Source of the DNA: Octopus sinensis
Lineage: Eukaryota
Assembly: GCF_006345805.1 (NCBI RefSeq)
Contig: NC_042998.1
Coordinates: forward strand, 157,480,001-157,544,000
Direction: 5' to 3'
Length of the DNA: 64,000 nt
Shown here: piece by piece, positions 37,969 through 51,675 of the stretch
How positions within the stretch are numbered: position 1 is the first letter of the stretch
How the letters are laid out: every line of letters starts with the position of its first letter
Made by a program: the position numbers and the translations under genes
Notes under the pieces: model-generated
What the model saw: the letters and a program-made list of their open reading frames with translations, nothing else
Database searches by the model: none
Told to the model about the DNA's origin: nothing

Positions 37969-38668
37969 GCAAGCATGTATGCATGTATGTATGTATATAT
38001 GCATGCTTGTATGGATATATATATCCATACATACATATGTACGTTAGAGTGGAAAAAGGGAAAAATATATATTTCCATAGATAAGCTGATTCTTTTGTTA
38101 GATCTTGCGTAAATGTATAGTTTGTATGGAATGAATTTCAACTTTTCATTTTAGATTTGCAGTTGTGATAAAAGCTATTCGAACAGAATAATATAGTAAT
38201 AAATTCATAAATGTTAGAAAGATATATTGAAAATACGCGGATAAATCTCTAATTATCTTAGACCGCTTAGACTACATTTAACTGAGTACCTGAACAAATT
38301 TTAAAATGATCCACATAAAAGTAGGAAAATAGAAATGATATATTAAGAAAACCCTCGAATAGAAATAGTCATATTGCAGAAAAATCCGTTGTTTGTTATC
38401 CGTGAGAGTGTAAAGAATAAAATAATCTCCAGAATTACCTTGGTTATCGCATGTTTAAGTAATATCAAAATACTGTACAATAATCGAAAATGTAACTGAT
38501 CGGCTAAATTAAGACAAAGGTATTAGAATTGTTAAATGAACTATGTGTGTATGCATAAACGTATATATGTATTCCAACACACATACTTGTGTGTGTATGA
38601 GTGTATATGTGTGTAGTACATACACACATATACACCCAGAAACACTGTCACACAGAAACGCATACAGA

Positions 38669-38706
<38 letters not shown>

Positions 38707-39072
38707 TAACTGTTTGACTCAATTCCAGATTGCATATATGTTAGACACATCAATTAGAGCCTATATTAGGGATGAAGCTACATCTATTTTCTATTGAGTT
38801 CATATCACGTAAAGAAAGGAAAGCAACCACTACTAAGACGCAGTGTAATTGCACCCTATAATCTATGTATTTTATATTTCGTCTTATACCATATAATAAC
38901 GTTTGATGTTTGTAAAATCTCACTAGCCAAATGCAAAATGCAGTTCTACTTCCATCGTGCATTTGGAGAATTTGAAATTTCTTTTTTATTCTAGTGCATG
39001 AAACCTGAGGTTATAATAAAATGCACAACTAAAGAAAATCTACACGCATGCACATGTGCGTGCGTCTGTAGG

Positions 39073-39073
<1 letters not shown>

Positions 39074-39143
<70 letters not shown>

Positions 39144-39145
39144 TT
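39074..39145. repeat. (TATC)n microsatellite
   Basis: Direct reading. Confidence 0.95.
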
Positions 39146-39195
39146 ATTTATCTTTCTTTCTGTGTTATATGTATATACGTATATATATATACATA

Positions 39196-39360
39196 TAGGA
39201 GTAGTCGTGGCTGTGTGTTAAGAATTTTCCTTTCCAACCACTTCCGGGTTCAGTCCGAATGCTTAGCATCTTGGGCAAGTGTTTCCTAGTATAGCTTTGG
39301 GAAGACCAAAGCCTTCTGTGTGGATTTGTTTGACAGAAACTGAAAGGAACTCGTCGTACA
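39196..39360 (+). mobile_element. SINE 5' half
   Basis: Homologous to the head of 14776-15185. Confidence 0.8.
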
Positions 39361-39389
39361 CATATATATATATGTGTGTGTGTGTGTAT

Positions 39390-40000
39390 TTAGACAACGC
39401 CAAGTTCAACATTCTAATAGCGGACTCAGTGAGAGTGATGACGAATGAGTCCCGCATGTGCAGTCCTGTAGAATTGGAAAGACATAAACAACACTTCATC
39501 CACTGCATGCAATAATCCGGTTACAGCCAAAGGGACAGGATTAGAGTGTACAAAGGAGGCAAGGCTAAGCACAAGGCAATCATAGAGAGGGATCTGCCCG
39601 CTACATAGGAGTAAAGCACGGAAAATATAAGGAAAAAGATAGATATGGCCAACTCATAGTATAGAAACAAAAAGTACCAGAGAGTCATGTCCGTTGATGC
39701 TACCTCTGGTGGCGTACTAGCATATCTTTTAAGATAAGCATTAAATAAGGTAAATCTACGGATTAAAGTAGTAGAAATGCCCGAAACCCCATAAAATCCC
39801 TGATCTGTAAAACTTGTCCCTTCGATAGGTCTCTATGTACGGAGAACTATTGTATGGTATGTAGGATGAATCCACAGGTTAATTGTGAGATTAGAAATAT
39901 AGTCTATAGCTTACGATGTACTAAAGGACGGTGCAGAAACAATACAACAATCTATATTGGGGAGATGACATGCAAGAAAGGGGAGCGAATATGTGTATAG
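39390..40000 (+). mobile_element. Penelope-like relic of a different family (thumb, linker, GIY-YIG start)
   Basis: KFNILIADSVRVM..HFIHCMQ*SGYSQ; VDATSGGVLA; CMVCRMNPQVNC..NIVYSL..IYIGE across frameshifts. Confidence 0.65.
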
Positions 40001-40258
40001 TGTAGGAACTCAAAGACAAGTGTATGCTTAACAGTGGTTAGGGCAATGAAGCTATAGATATCCTTGTGATATTAATAGCTGAAACTGCAGTACGAAGGTA
40101 ATTATTCCATTTAGTATATTTCTTTTGTCTCATCCATTGCTTTAGGTCGTGCTGAATTTTATTTTTATTTGAGAACATAATCCTTGTGGAGAATGGCGAT
40201 TTGACGTCTATATCTAGCATGTTGACTGTCCACCTTTTCGTGTTCAGTCCTTAATTGG

Positions 40259-40377
<119 letters not shown>

Positions 40378-40470
40378 CGCAAAAGTACACCTCTGAGACT
40401 GAATTTTTGTTAGCTTTATTTTGCTCTCCCAGTATAACTTGTAGTGTTCAGCTGAGGAAAAGGTAAACAA

Positions 40471-40524
<54 letters not shown>

Positions 40525-40535
<11 letters not shown>

Positions 40536-40613
40536 GAGGGCATTATACATACATGCCAGGAGGCATTTACAATGCCTCCTGGCATGTATGTATAATGCCC
40601 TCTATATATAAAT
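40525..40613. repeat. Perfect palindrome, 43-bp arms and 3-nt loop
   Basis: atttatatatagagggcattatacatacatgccaggaggcatt-tac-aatgcctcc...tatataaat. Confidence 0.95.
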
Positions 40614-40759
40614 TAATATGTTCAATAAGAAATAATTTTTTTTCGAAATTTTTTCTCTTATGAGGTTTTTACGCTATCTACCTGACAATTTCTTGTTAAG
40701 TTTTCCTTATTAAGTAGTTGTCCTTAATTGCTAAATTTTTTTTTATATATATATATATA

Positions 40760-41058
40760 TATATACTACATATGTGGGAAATTCTGTTTGTGGGTGGGTT
40801 TGTGGAATTGTTAGCTAACTCCTACATCATTTTATTGATTTTGATGAAACTTGACACGTGAGTAGAACTCAGGTCTGGAAACCTCATGGCATACTCAGGT
40901 TGTAGAATAAGTCGATAATAAGGTCCCTGGAAGGGATCCTTATATATATCCAAGGGAAATAACCCATTCATTTTCCTAAATTATTTGGTAAAATGAAATT
41001 GAGTATGCTTATTTCTTAGTATTTAAACCGTTAGAGTTATTTTCGCAATTTAACTAGT
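40760..41058 (+). mobile_element. Possible Helitron/Helentron-type non-autonomous element
   Basis: Starts in a TA run, contains ttgattttgatgaaacttgacac, ends at CTAGT; no clear 3' hairpin. Confidence 0.35.
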
Positions 41059-42729
41059 ACAAGCCTTAAACAAGTAAATAATATTTTCCTAAACAATAGA
41101 TCCTCTTATTTCGGTTAGTAACTTAGTCACGAATTTACCAACATTAGCCGCCACCCTCTCGAGGGTATACAAACAAAGATAACTATACTAGATATTGAAT
41201 TTTCTTTTTATATTAGGAATATAATATATGTAAAGTTGTAACAGATGATGCTTGTGAAATTTTAAAGAAATCCAATGTTTGGTATCGTTATGTATATATA
41301 TTTATATATTTATTTATATTTTATATATTTATTTATATTTTACTTAACTGAATGCAAGAAGTCACAAACGAAGGGGTAAATACAAGCAAACAAAAACGCA
41401 GTTTGAGATGTAACATCTAAGATATGATAATACCTAAAATATAAAATGAACATAGAAAACAAAGCACAAACTTCTATTTAGCTGATAAGAATCAATACCC
41501 TTTAGCTGTGTCTCTTTGATCTTTGTTAGATGTACTGAGCAAAGGATATTCCCGTTTAAATTGTGTAATAATGTTTTGTCTTTCTGCTAACCGTTTGCAT
41601 CCGAGATCAAGTGAGAGGTTGTGATATGTTGGGGCAAATAAATAAATGAAAGTAGAGTATGGCGAGGTTATAATTTGATGCAAACCGGCCGACCAGGGAG
41701 CTACAATGATGTTTACTAGATTCAAATTACTGAGATTTTGTTGAGCAGTATAGTCAAGGATGTGGCGAAGAAACCTTAACTCTCTTGAAGGGTCACAGAG
41801 TAGTAAGATCATAAGAATATTTATAATTTCATATACATCTATCTATAAATTCATTTATATATTTTCTAAATCGTATGGTGTCAGAATATGTGTTATGCAC
41901 ATATATCTGCGTAGTTAAAAGTTCCTGTATGGTTTTAATGGGGTATGCCTCTGTAATACTTGTGTGTATAATTGAAATCCCCAAAATGTAACCCGTTTGG
42001 ATAGATGGAAAGGAGGATAAGCGATCATGGCTGAAATTCCAAAGTATGAATCACTACTTGTGCATGAAAGGAGATACAGTTGCTTACCTAATACTCAAAT
42101 GTTCACAGTTGATGTTATTTTATTTAATTTTTCTGTGATACAGAAGTCACATTTGCTGTCTCGGCCCCTTTGTTTTGGCTGGCCTTAATGACTTTCAGCT
42201 TATATGTGGTTTGTCCGAAGTCCTCTGTTTAAAGGCCCATTGCATATTGGATATATAGATGTTAGATGTCTTTGCTTCTTTTTTCTGAAAGAAACCAACT
42301 GCTGAGCATGTCTCTCCTTGACGTCATTCCAATGCAATGTTGTGCAGTTCGAATCCGTGACGCTGGCCTCTATACTAGTTATAGTTTGTCACCAATCCAT
42401 ATTGTAAATCTGTGGTTGTGCTCTAGTTATACTGAATTTTAGACAAGACAATGTATAAATAATGATCATTACATATTTTTTTCTTTGTTGCAATAAATTT
42501 GACTTACATCTGTTTCCAGTAGTCCTTATAGGTTCGTTGTTGATGGATTTACTCAATTGCTACATTGATCGGTTTAGAAAAATTGAATGACCCAAAAAAT
42601 TTCATCACAGCAATTTCTGGTTGTGCAATTTTTAACGACCCATCAATAGACCGATTGTTTAAAAGAATAAATAACAACTCGATATCGATTACTGGAAACA
42701 GCTGTAAGTAAAATTCACTGTCTATGTGC

Positions 42730-42896
42730 ATGCATGGCTGTGTGTAAGAAGCTTTCTTCGCAATCACATAGTTCCGCATTTAGTACCACTGCGTGGCAAC
42801 TTGGGCACATCTTTTCTACTACAGCCTCAGGCTGACTAAAGATTTGTGACTGGATTTGTGACAGAAAGGAGCCTGTCGTTTACATACACACACACA

Positions 42897-42932
<36 letters not shown>

Positions 42933-43184
42933 TATACATATATATCTGTGTGTGAGTCTTTGTGCCTGTGTTTGTCTCCCCATCAGCACTTGACAAGCGG
43001 TGTTGATGTGTTCATGTCCTCGTAACTTAGTGGTTCAGTAAGAGTAACTGACAGAATGAGTACTTGGCATAAGAAATATCTGCTTGAGTCAATTTGTTTC
43101 ATTAAAAATGTTTCAATTTGGTGCTTCAGTATGGCTGGAGTAAAATGACTGAAACAAATAAAACAACAAAAAGAAATGAATAAA

Positions 43185-43190
<6 letters not shown>
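42730..43190 (+). mobile_element. Old composite SINE
   Basis: Diverged homologue of 14776-15185. Confidence 0.8.
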
Positions 43191-43232
<42 letters not shown>

Positions 43233-43234
<2 letters not shown>

Positions 43235-43401
43235 CGCAGGAGTGGCTGTGTGGTAAGTAGCTTGCTAACCAACCACATGGTTGCGGGTTCAGTCCCACTG
43301 CGTGGCATCTGGGCAAGTGTCTTCTGCTATAGCCCCGGGCCGACCAATGCCTTGTGAGTGGATTGGTAGACGGAAACTGAAAGAAGCCTGTCGTATATAT
43401 G

Positions 43402-43434
<33 letters not shown>

Positions 43435-43655
43435 TTGTGTGTGTGTGTTCGTCCCCCTAGCATTGCTTGACAACCAATGCTGGTGTGTTTACGTCCCCGT
43501 CACTTAGCAGTTTGGCAAAAAGAGACCGATAGAATAAGTACTGGGCTTGCAAAAAGAATAAGTCCCGGGGTCGAGTTGCTCGACTAAAGGCGGTGCTCCA
43601 GCATGGCCGCAGTCAAAATGACTGAAACAAGTAAAAGAGTAAAAGAGTAAAGAGT
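43233..43655 (+). mobile_element. Young complete composite SINE
   Basis: Very close match to 14776-15185, tail aagtaaaagagtaaaagagtaaagag. Confidence 0.92.
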
Positions 43656-43674
43656 ATATATATATATATATATA

Positions 43675-44168
43675 TAACTGAAAATGTGTGTCTGTCTGTC
43701 TGTCTGTGTGAATCCACTAAAACTTGAGAACTACACAACCAATTTCATTCAAATTCTACAAATCCCTTACTTAGGGTCCATGTAGTGTCATGGGCAAAAA
43801 AACTTTTACTTTTTGCCTAGTGCAAGTCCACAGCAATATTATATCTTCTTCACTATTTCAGTATTACGTGTCAAAAGCGAAGCAAAAACATGTCTCCATT
43901 GTAATGTCAGATGCTTTCACTTTAATACTGAAGCTATTAAAGTGAAACTATTATATAACAGAGATGAACTGTAATTGGACATCCATTATGGTAGATGATC
44001 TGCTATGGTCTTATATGCTACAACACTGATTTTAAATTCATATTAATCAAATTAATATTCAAATTTTCACACTTATTATTTTAAATTTAAATTTACATGT
44101 ATATATATATATAGAGAGAGATTTATTTCATATATATGTATATATATCTATATACATGTATATATATG

Positions 44169-44219
<51 letters not shown>

Positions 44220-44319
44220 ATATATAGAAGTATATGTATAGATGTATATGCATAGATGTATTTCTATTGATATAGATGTATATGTATACATGTATGTGTA
44301 GATGTATATATATATATAT

Positions 44320-44352
<33 letters not shown>

Positions 44353-44591
44353 GATGTACATGTAATATGTACACATATATATACACATTTATACATGCAT
44401 ACATATATACACCTATACACACACACACAAACGTACATAGGTGCAGGTGTGGCTGTGTGGTAACAAACTTGGTTCCAAAACACATGGTCCTGAATTCAGT
44501 CCCACTGTGTGGTAACTTGTCATGTGTCTTTTGCCTCAGACCAACCAAAGCCTTGTAAGTGAATTTTGTAGACAGAAACTGAAAGAAATCG

Positions 44592-44650
<59 letters not shown>

Positions 44651-45252
44651 TTATATATGTAAGTCTATGTGTGTGTCTTTGAGTTTCTCCCTCATCACTG
44701 CTTCACAAATGGTGTTCGTTTATTTACATCCGCATAACATACTGGATTCACTAGAAGAAACTGATATCACAAGGCCTCTTCGGAGATTATGTAATATAAC
44801 ACAGTCTACACATATATATGTTGTATTGTGGGTACGCACCCACACCCATGTGGGTATATGTGTAGACTGTGTTATATTACATAATCTCCGAAGAGGCATT
44901 GTGATATTTTTGTTAATGTCTCATTTATATCTATATATTGACCAACCATAAAGGGCTAATATTGGTAAAATGAGACATAGTCATCGACATGGTCGAAACA
45001 GCTGTAAGATCTAATTTATACTTATATTTATATTTACTTGTATTTATATTCTTTTTTATATATATTCTAATTATTATACAACATTACTCTTTTATGTACA
45101 CTTTTTTATGTACATTCCTTTATGTACACTGATTTGTTCTGCTTTTTATATTTAACCCTACAGTCTCTTATGTGGTGGTTTAATAAAGTATGTGATTGAG
45201 TATTATCTGGTATTGATATTTGATTTAGATGTATTTCTCCATTTTCTTATCT

Positions 45253-45296
<44 letters not shown>

Positions 45297-45560
45297 TAGA
45301 CTTCGTAGACAGGAACTGATACAAATCAATCGTATATATATGTATCTATATAAATGTATGTATGTGTCTTTGTCTCTGTGTTTCGCCCTCACCACTGTTT
45401 CACAAATGCTGTTCATTTATTTACTTCCCCATAACTTACTGGTTTCACAAGAACAAACTAATAGAATAAGTACTAGGCTTATCGACATAAAAAACTACGA
45501 GGCTGTGTCTCATATTTTTGTTTACCGACTCAGTCGTATCTATCAGTTTATCTTTGTATG
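43675..45560 (+). repeat. Duplicated block copy 1 (Helitron-like MITE, microsatellite, SINE); copy 2 at 57095-58290
   Basis: Shared order and shared SINE variants (taacaaactt, ccaaaacacatgg) plus shared 3' flank tctcatatttttgttt..ctcagt..tatctatc. Confidence 0.8.
44764..44907. repeat. Near-perfect inverted repeat, about 53-bp arms
   Basis: atatcacaaggcctcttcggagattatg..tacacatata versus tatatgtgtagactg..ccgaagaggcattgtgatat; one mismatch. Confidence 0.92.
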
Positions 45561-45570
45561 TGTTTGAGTG

Positions 45571-45754
<184 letters not shown>

Positions 45755-45756
45755 CC

Positions 45757-46036
45757 AAGAGTACAACTGTATTCGCCTTTGCTTAGATAAAATGATAAAA
45801 TTATGGGTGTTAAGTCCCAATGGAGGGGTCTTTCTAACTTGTAAGAAGATGAAATTTTATAAATATTACTTGTGTCTAATATCTATGGTTAAAATTTCAT
45901 CAACAGCAAAAATATATGAATTACCATGGGGTTATGGCCCTTATGCATAGAATATAATTTCCAAATTTCATAGAGATCCATTCAGTACTTTTGACCTACT
46001 TTTGGATCATAAAAGAAATTACTAAAATTTGGGAGC
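45757..46036 (-). mobile_element. Dispersed MITE-like repeat, inverted homologue of 58855-59102
   Basis: caagagtacaactgtattcg..ggcccttatgcatagaatataatttccaaatttc matches the reverse complement of 58855-59102. Confidence 0.75.
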
Positions 46037-46152
46037 ACACGATTCGAGGTTCAGTACCGCTGCGTGTCACTTTGGGAAAATCTCTTCTACTCTAGTCTCA
46101 AACCCACCAATATCTTGTGAGTAGATCTGGAAAGTGAAAGAAACCTGTCATA

Positions 46153-46201
<49 letters not shown>

Positions 46202-48909
46202 GTGTGTGTGTATATACACTCCTTTAAGACGTCTTTTCTCAACCATGAAGTTATTAAGCATCATCAGCATCATAGTATTATATTTATATCTATATTTTGC
46301 AACTCATGGAATTTCACTTTGGATATTTGTTACGTGCAAGATCTGTCTTTCGTTTTTAGCAGTTGTCTGTAAATGTCAGACTCACCAAATCCGTATTTTC
46401 TATATTGCACCAAAATGTCAGTGCAGTAATCGTATTAAAAGTATTTTCCTTACTTCTAATCCCCTCACCCCTAGGTACTAATTGCTTGGACAATCTAAGT
46501 TGATGGAAGTTTTCTAAGTATATTTCATATGAGAACTTCGCTGCAGAGTAGCTCCCTCCGCAGTATAATAAGGTGACGCTTACCTAAAATTTTATCTATG
46601 TAAATTATAAAAAGAAACGACTCTGTACTTGAGACATTGCGCTCTCTGATTAGAAACTACATTTCCTCTTAACACTTTTTCCCCGTTGTTTGTCGTCATA
46701 AGTAATTTCTATGAAGTTACTATTTATTTTCTCTTTTTATTGGCGTTTTTATTCCAATTTTAAGAATAGTTACAAAGAATATACCGTACTAGCCTTCTAT
46801 AACTGGTTATGCCTTCTAAAGTGTAAGGATAATTTCACATAATACTACATTTAAAAACAAATTACAGTTTTCAATGTAAGTCGGCCTTTTGAGGAAGACA
46901 AATCTAGAATTTCTAATTGTCCGATTAACCTTCACTAAGTGAATCAATCAGTGCTTGCGTTTGATTAATGCAAAAGAAATTGGATAGCATACAATGCTCT
47001 AAACATCAGCGTTCCAAATTTAATATGGTTGGTAAGACAAGTTTGGCAGGGTTGTCTTGAAAAATCAAACAATGTAATCATATACTGAATCACTGATAGA
47101 ATAACGATCTACTTAAGCTACGGATCTAGGATAATGTACGCTAAAGAGAATGAAACAATCTGTAATAAAGTATTTGGGAAGAGAAAGTGACTATTTAAGA
47201 TATTGAAGTGCCAGTTTACGTAACGTACTTCATACCTCTCTTCATTTATCTGCGCTTATTGTTTGACGGTTTAATCTACATTTCTTTCGAGGAATTCTAT
47301 AAAATCTAGGAATATTTTCTGCGATAGGCTAGCTCTCTGTTCAAAGAGATTGATTTCTCACGATAGATTTAATCCAAAGATAATTAAAGATTTATATAAC
47401 ATTTCTGGACCGTGATGGTTTTTGTAATATTATTTTGCAACGATGAACTGGGTAGATAGAACCTTACTAACGTTGAATAGAATACCTTGTTGCATTTAGT
47501 TACGGCCCCTTATGTTCTGAGTGAAATCTCACCGATGTTAATTTTGTTTCTCAGCCTTCATGGTTACAGAAAATATAACGTGAAGTATATAGCCTAAGCC
47601 TGTCTAAGAAATAAATATTATTTTGTGATGGGTGAAGGATTATTAGAATCAACATAACAGAAATAATGCCATGCGGTATATTGAAACTGTATTTCATCTA
47701 TAATCATGAAGATAAAATATAGCACCATCCATGTATTCGATCAGAGTTAACAGCTCTCATTTGTCCATCACTTATAAGTCCCTCTGCCTATGTCAGAAAT
47801 CAATGTTATTTTGTAACATACTAGCTAGTAATTTTAATATATATTTTAATATATATAAAAAAATGTGTAAAGTATCAGTAAGAAACCACATGGTTAAGGT
47901 AATTTAGATAATTATGGATAAGTCAAATACTCTCAGATAATAACCCTACAACCATAAACGAATAGTTGGATTTACCATTTTATGCATACCTTATGTGATA
48001 CAGCTGTATAAGGATAATGAATATGAAATTTCGCGATGATGAGCCTCAATTCAGTCCTCAGAATTCTCATGTGCAGTTTCACTGTCCAGATCCAGACTGT
48101 GAACAGAAGGATAAACACCAACGTGTGTTTTCTTTTATGTTAGAGAGCACGAGGGGCGCAAACCTACAAGCTCCAACCGCTCGCATACTCATTTAAAAGC
48201 AGAATAGGTAGCGTTCAAAGACCTATTCTACTCACAATTATTAGAGTATTTTGGCACGAGAGAATGCTCAAACAATAGTAGTGCTTCAAAGAATATAACA
48301 CCACAAAATGTGCATCACTTGTCAAGAGTCAAGGGGAAGCCTTGATACTGAGCGGTCTACTTGTAGTTTCAAACGGAAAGAATAACTCAGGGCCAGACGG
48401 AATGAGGAGACACCAAGCCTCTAGCGTTTTGGCAAAAAATGACGTTTCAGTTATTCCTACACACATCCGAGGATAGGCGAATGAAGAATTCCTCTGACAC
48501 AGAAATTTCATTGAAGTTATTTTTCTTGAGAAACAGAACTAAGTTCAAAAGTAATATCGCAAGTGTTAAGTTTTAATTCATTCGTGTGATTTTCAACTAA
48601 GCGGAAAATACAATTAACATTTAATACTGTCTCTTACTCATTTAAAGTTCTCGAGACACCTGTGGGGATTAGCTTGACTAAGTCAACTTGACAACATTGA
48701 TCTCGTCCTTACTTGAAAGCAAGTAGAGTTAATTGTGTTGTTGGGCAACAAAGCGCAGCACATCAGTGAAAGTATAAATCATAGAACCATCAGCAAAGAG
48801 AAGATTTAGATAGTTTCATCCCTATTGCAGCGTTACATTATTGATTTACTATTTAGAAAGACATTAATTTGAAAAACGTCTGTCTGGATGTTTTGCATCC
48901 TTGTACGCA

Positions 48910-48962
<53 letters not shown>

Positions 48963-49248
48963 ACACACACACATATTCCCATGTCTAAGATTGCTATTAA
49001 ATTTATATGAAGGTGCACAAAATATACTAGACATAATCTGCTGCTAAACGTTTGAAAAGCTTAAATAGGTGAAAGCGCCATAGTCAAACTGTGGATATAT
49101 ATGCAAGACAAGTGGAGAAAACGCGCGCGCGCGAACACACAAAAACATGCGCTCATGTATATATTATAGGTGTGTATACCAGTATATATAGATGTGTGTG
49201 TGAGCGTGTAACTACGCACATGTGCATACGTAAGTGAATAAGTGTGTG

Positions 49249-49303
<55 letters not shown>

Positions 49304-49432
49304 GTATTTACTGCGGTGATGGTTTAACCATATCACACATGGAATTAAGAAGCGAGCATTTTAAACTGGTCATGATGCATACGTGCATATATATGTATGT
49401 ATACGTTCGTATATGTAAGTATTCGTATGTTA

Positions 49433-49467
<35 letters not shown>

Positions 49468-49657
49468 GTTTCTCTCTGCGCCTATTCCACTGATGAGGCA
49501 AAGCATTTCTAAATGCAAAGTCAGTAATTCGGGATCTGGAATTATCCAGTAAATTTTTACTAGTTTTATTTTGCCTTTTTGTCTTCTCTCCTTGTGCTAT
49601 ATGAAAACTTAAGGTGATTTTAGAGTCAGACCCTGGCTGCTATTTTCAGCATGGTGG

Positions 49658-49777
<120 letters not shown>

Positions 49778-50007
49778 TATATATCTATTTATATATGCAC
49801 ATATATATAAATACGCACGTATATATATATATATAATATATATATATATATATCTGGCCAGATGAGAGCAATCTCGAGTATAACCAGCAGAAATCGCAAA
49901 GATAATCTGGAACTCGACTGAGGATAGAAAACTCCGAATGACCCGTACTTGTTTTCTTTGTATCGTCTGTCTGGATGTTTTGCGTCCTTGTATCATTTTG
50001 GTATATA

Positions 50008-50930
50008 TCTATATATATAAGAGAGGCTTGGGATCAAAATTATGTGCACATTTTGCTACGTCAGAGGTTGGCGGCCAGATCAGTGGTCGGATCGAGGTGA
50101 AAATTGACACACGTATAGAAGTCGTGATGAAGCAGAGAGTTGAATAGGTTAAAACTCGCCATCTGAAAAGATGTGGTTGCTACAGTGATAAGAGTGATAT
50201 TTTTATCGATTCAAGCTTCTAATCGATTGTAATCTAATCTAATCTTATAAAATGAAGAAGGCGAACGTTGATAATAATTGGATTTTTATGTAAAAAAAGG
50301 GGTCTAAATGGGGCTGGAAGGGGATTAAAATTTACAGGAGGGGTAACTTGAGGTGAGAAATTGATTGGGAGACGTTTTGGGGTACTACAGTATTTGCTTT
50401 GCTGTGAAAACGGGTATTTTGTTGATTTTTGGGGACACTTGGGGGTCTAGATTAGACACCTTTTGCCCGATTTCAATAAAATTTTCAACATGGTAAAGTG
50501 GAAGTGGATTTATAATTTAAGCGCGGGAAATAGGTTCGAAATTTTGAAATTGAAAAAAATTTAGCATTTATATGTATTTTTGCCTTTTATTTTTTATTGT
50601 TCATAGTTTTCATTTTTTTCTGAAAGAAATTTACAGCTGCATGTAGCCAGTGTTTAGAGCTTTCATTTGCATGGTCAATCGTCGAAAGATTCTCAAAATA
50701 AGTACTAAATTTAACAGAGAAATCCCTTTTTTCCTTATTTCTAATCGCTCACATAGTAGCACGTACAAGCGATAGAGAGTCCGAGAGAAAGGAAGAGTAT
50801 CAGAGTGGGAAAGTGAGAGAGAAAAGAGAGAAGCAAAGAGGGAGAATGTGGCGATAAGAAACAGAAAGGAAGCAACAGAAAGTAACAACCACACCCTCAC
50901 CCGCGCGTAGAGCGGGTCACCTTAAGCTAG
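50008..50930 (+). mobile_element. Complete non-autonomous Helitron
   Basis: A|TC 5' end, 3' hairpin cccgcgcgtagagcggg, CTAG|T terminus. Confidence 0.8.
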
Positions 50931-50950
50931 TATATATATATATATATTTT

Positions 50951-50992
<42 letters not shown>

Positions 50993-51195
50993 AGTTCAGT
51001 AAAAATTTAGATTCAGTTGAATATGGTACTTAAGTTAAAGGCACCAGAATTTGGTACGTTATTATTTAAATCTGATGTAATACTTGCATTGTTTAATTAA
51101 ATGGAGTCGCATGAAACGATCGTGCTGCATTACCTTTGGATATCCTTGTTGCTTATTTTAATTATATATATGTACACATATATATTCATATATAT

Positions 51196-51254
<59 letters not shown>

Positions 51255-51317
51255 CATATCCATATATATATTATATATATATAAATATAAGGTTATATAT
51301 ACATATATATATATATA

Positions 51318-51360
<43 letters not shown>

Positions 51361-51579
51361 CCATATATATATTATATATATATAAATATAAGGTTATATA
51401 TACATATATATGTATACGCACACACACACACACATATGAATATAGACTCATATATATGTGCAACGTATGTATAATATAGTTGCAACATAGTTGAAAGTGA
51501 TTGCTGCAAAAACACATCTAACTGCAGTACGTGAAGTAGCACTAATCGTAACGCTGTGGGATGTTGTTCTTGCCGCTGG

Positions 51580-51594
51580 TAGCAGCAGCAGCAA

Positions 51595-51626
<32 letters not shown>

Positions 51627-51675
51627 GTAGTACTAGTAGTAGTAGTAGTAGTAGTAGTAGCAGTAGTAGTAGTAG
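51580..51675. repeat. (AGC)n-(AGT)n compound microsatellite
   Basis: Direct reading. Confidence 0.9.

Noticed and set aside
37778-38141. IY/YI-rich ORFs here and at 7826-8184, 44128-44548, 45518-45950, 49614-49996, 51101-51794 and 58209-58644
   Set aside because: Stop-free readings of (AT)n, (CA)n and (TATC)n microsatellites, not genes
41492-41812. 106-aa minus-strand ORF
   Set aside because: No motif recognised and no splice context
44960-45012. GAC..GTC-GAAA-CAGCTGTA looks like the 3' half of a PLE hammerhead
   Set aside because: The 5' core reads AAAATGA instead of CUGANGA and there is no stem I partner; at best a truncated relic
49853-49930. CCA-GATGA-GAG/CTC...ATC-TGG, hammerhead-like
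   Set aside because: C3-U4 are missing and no GAAA follows stem II
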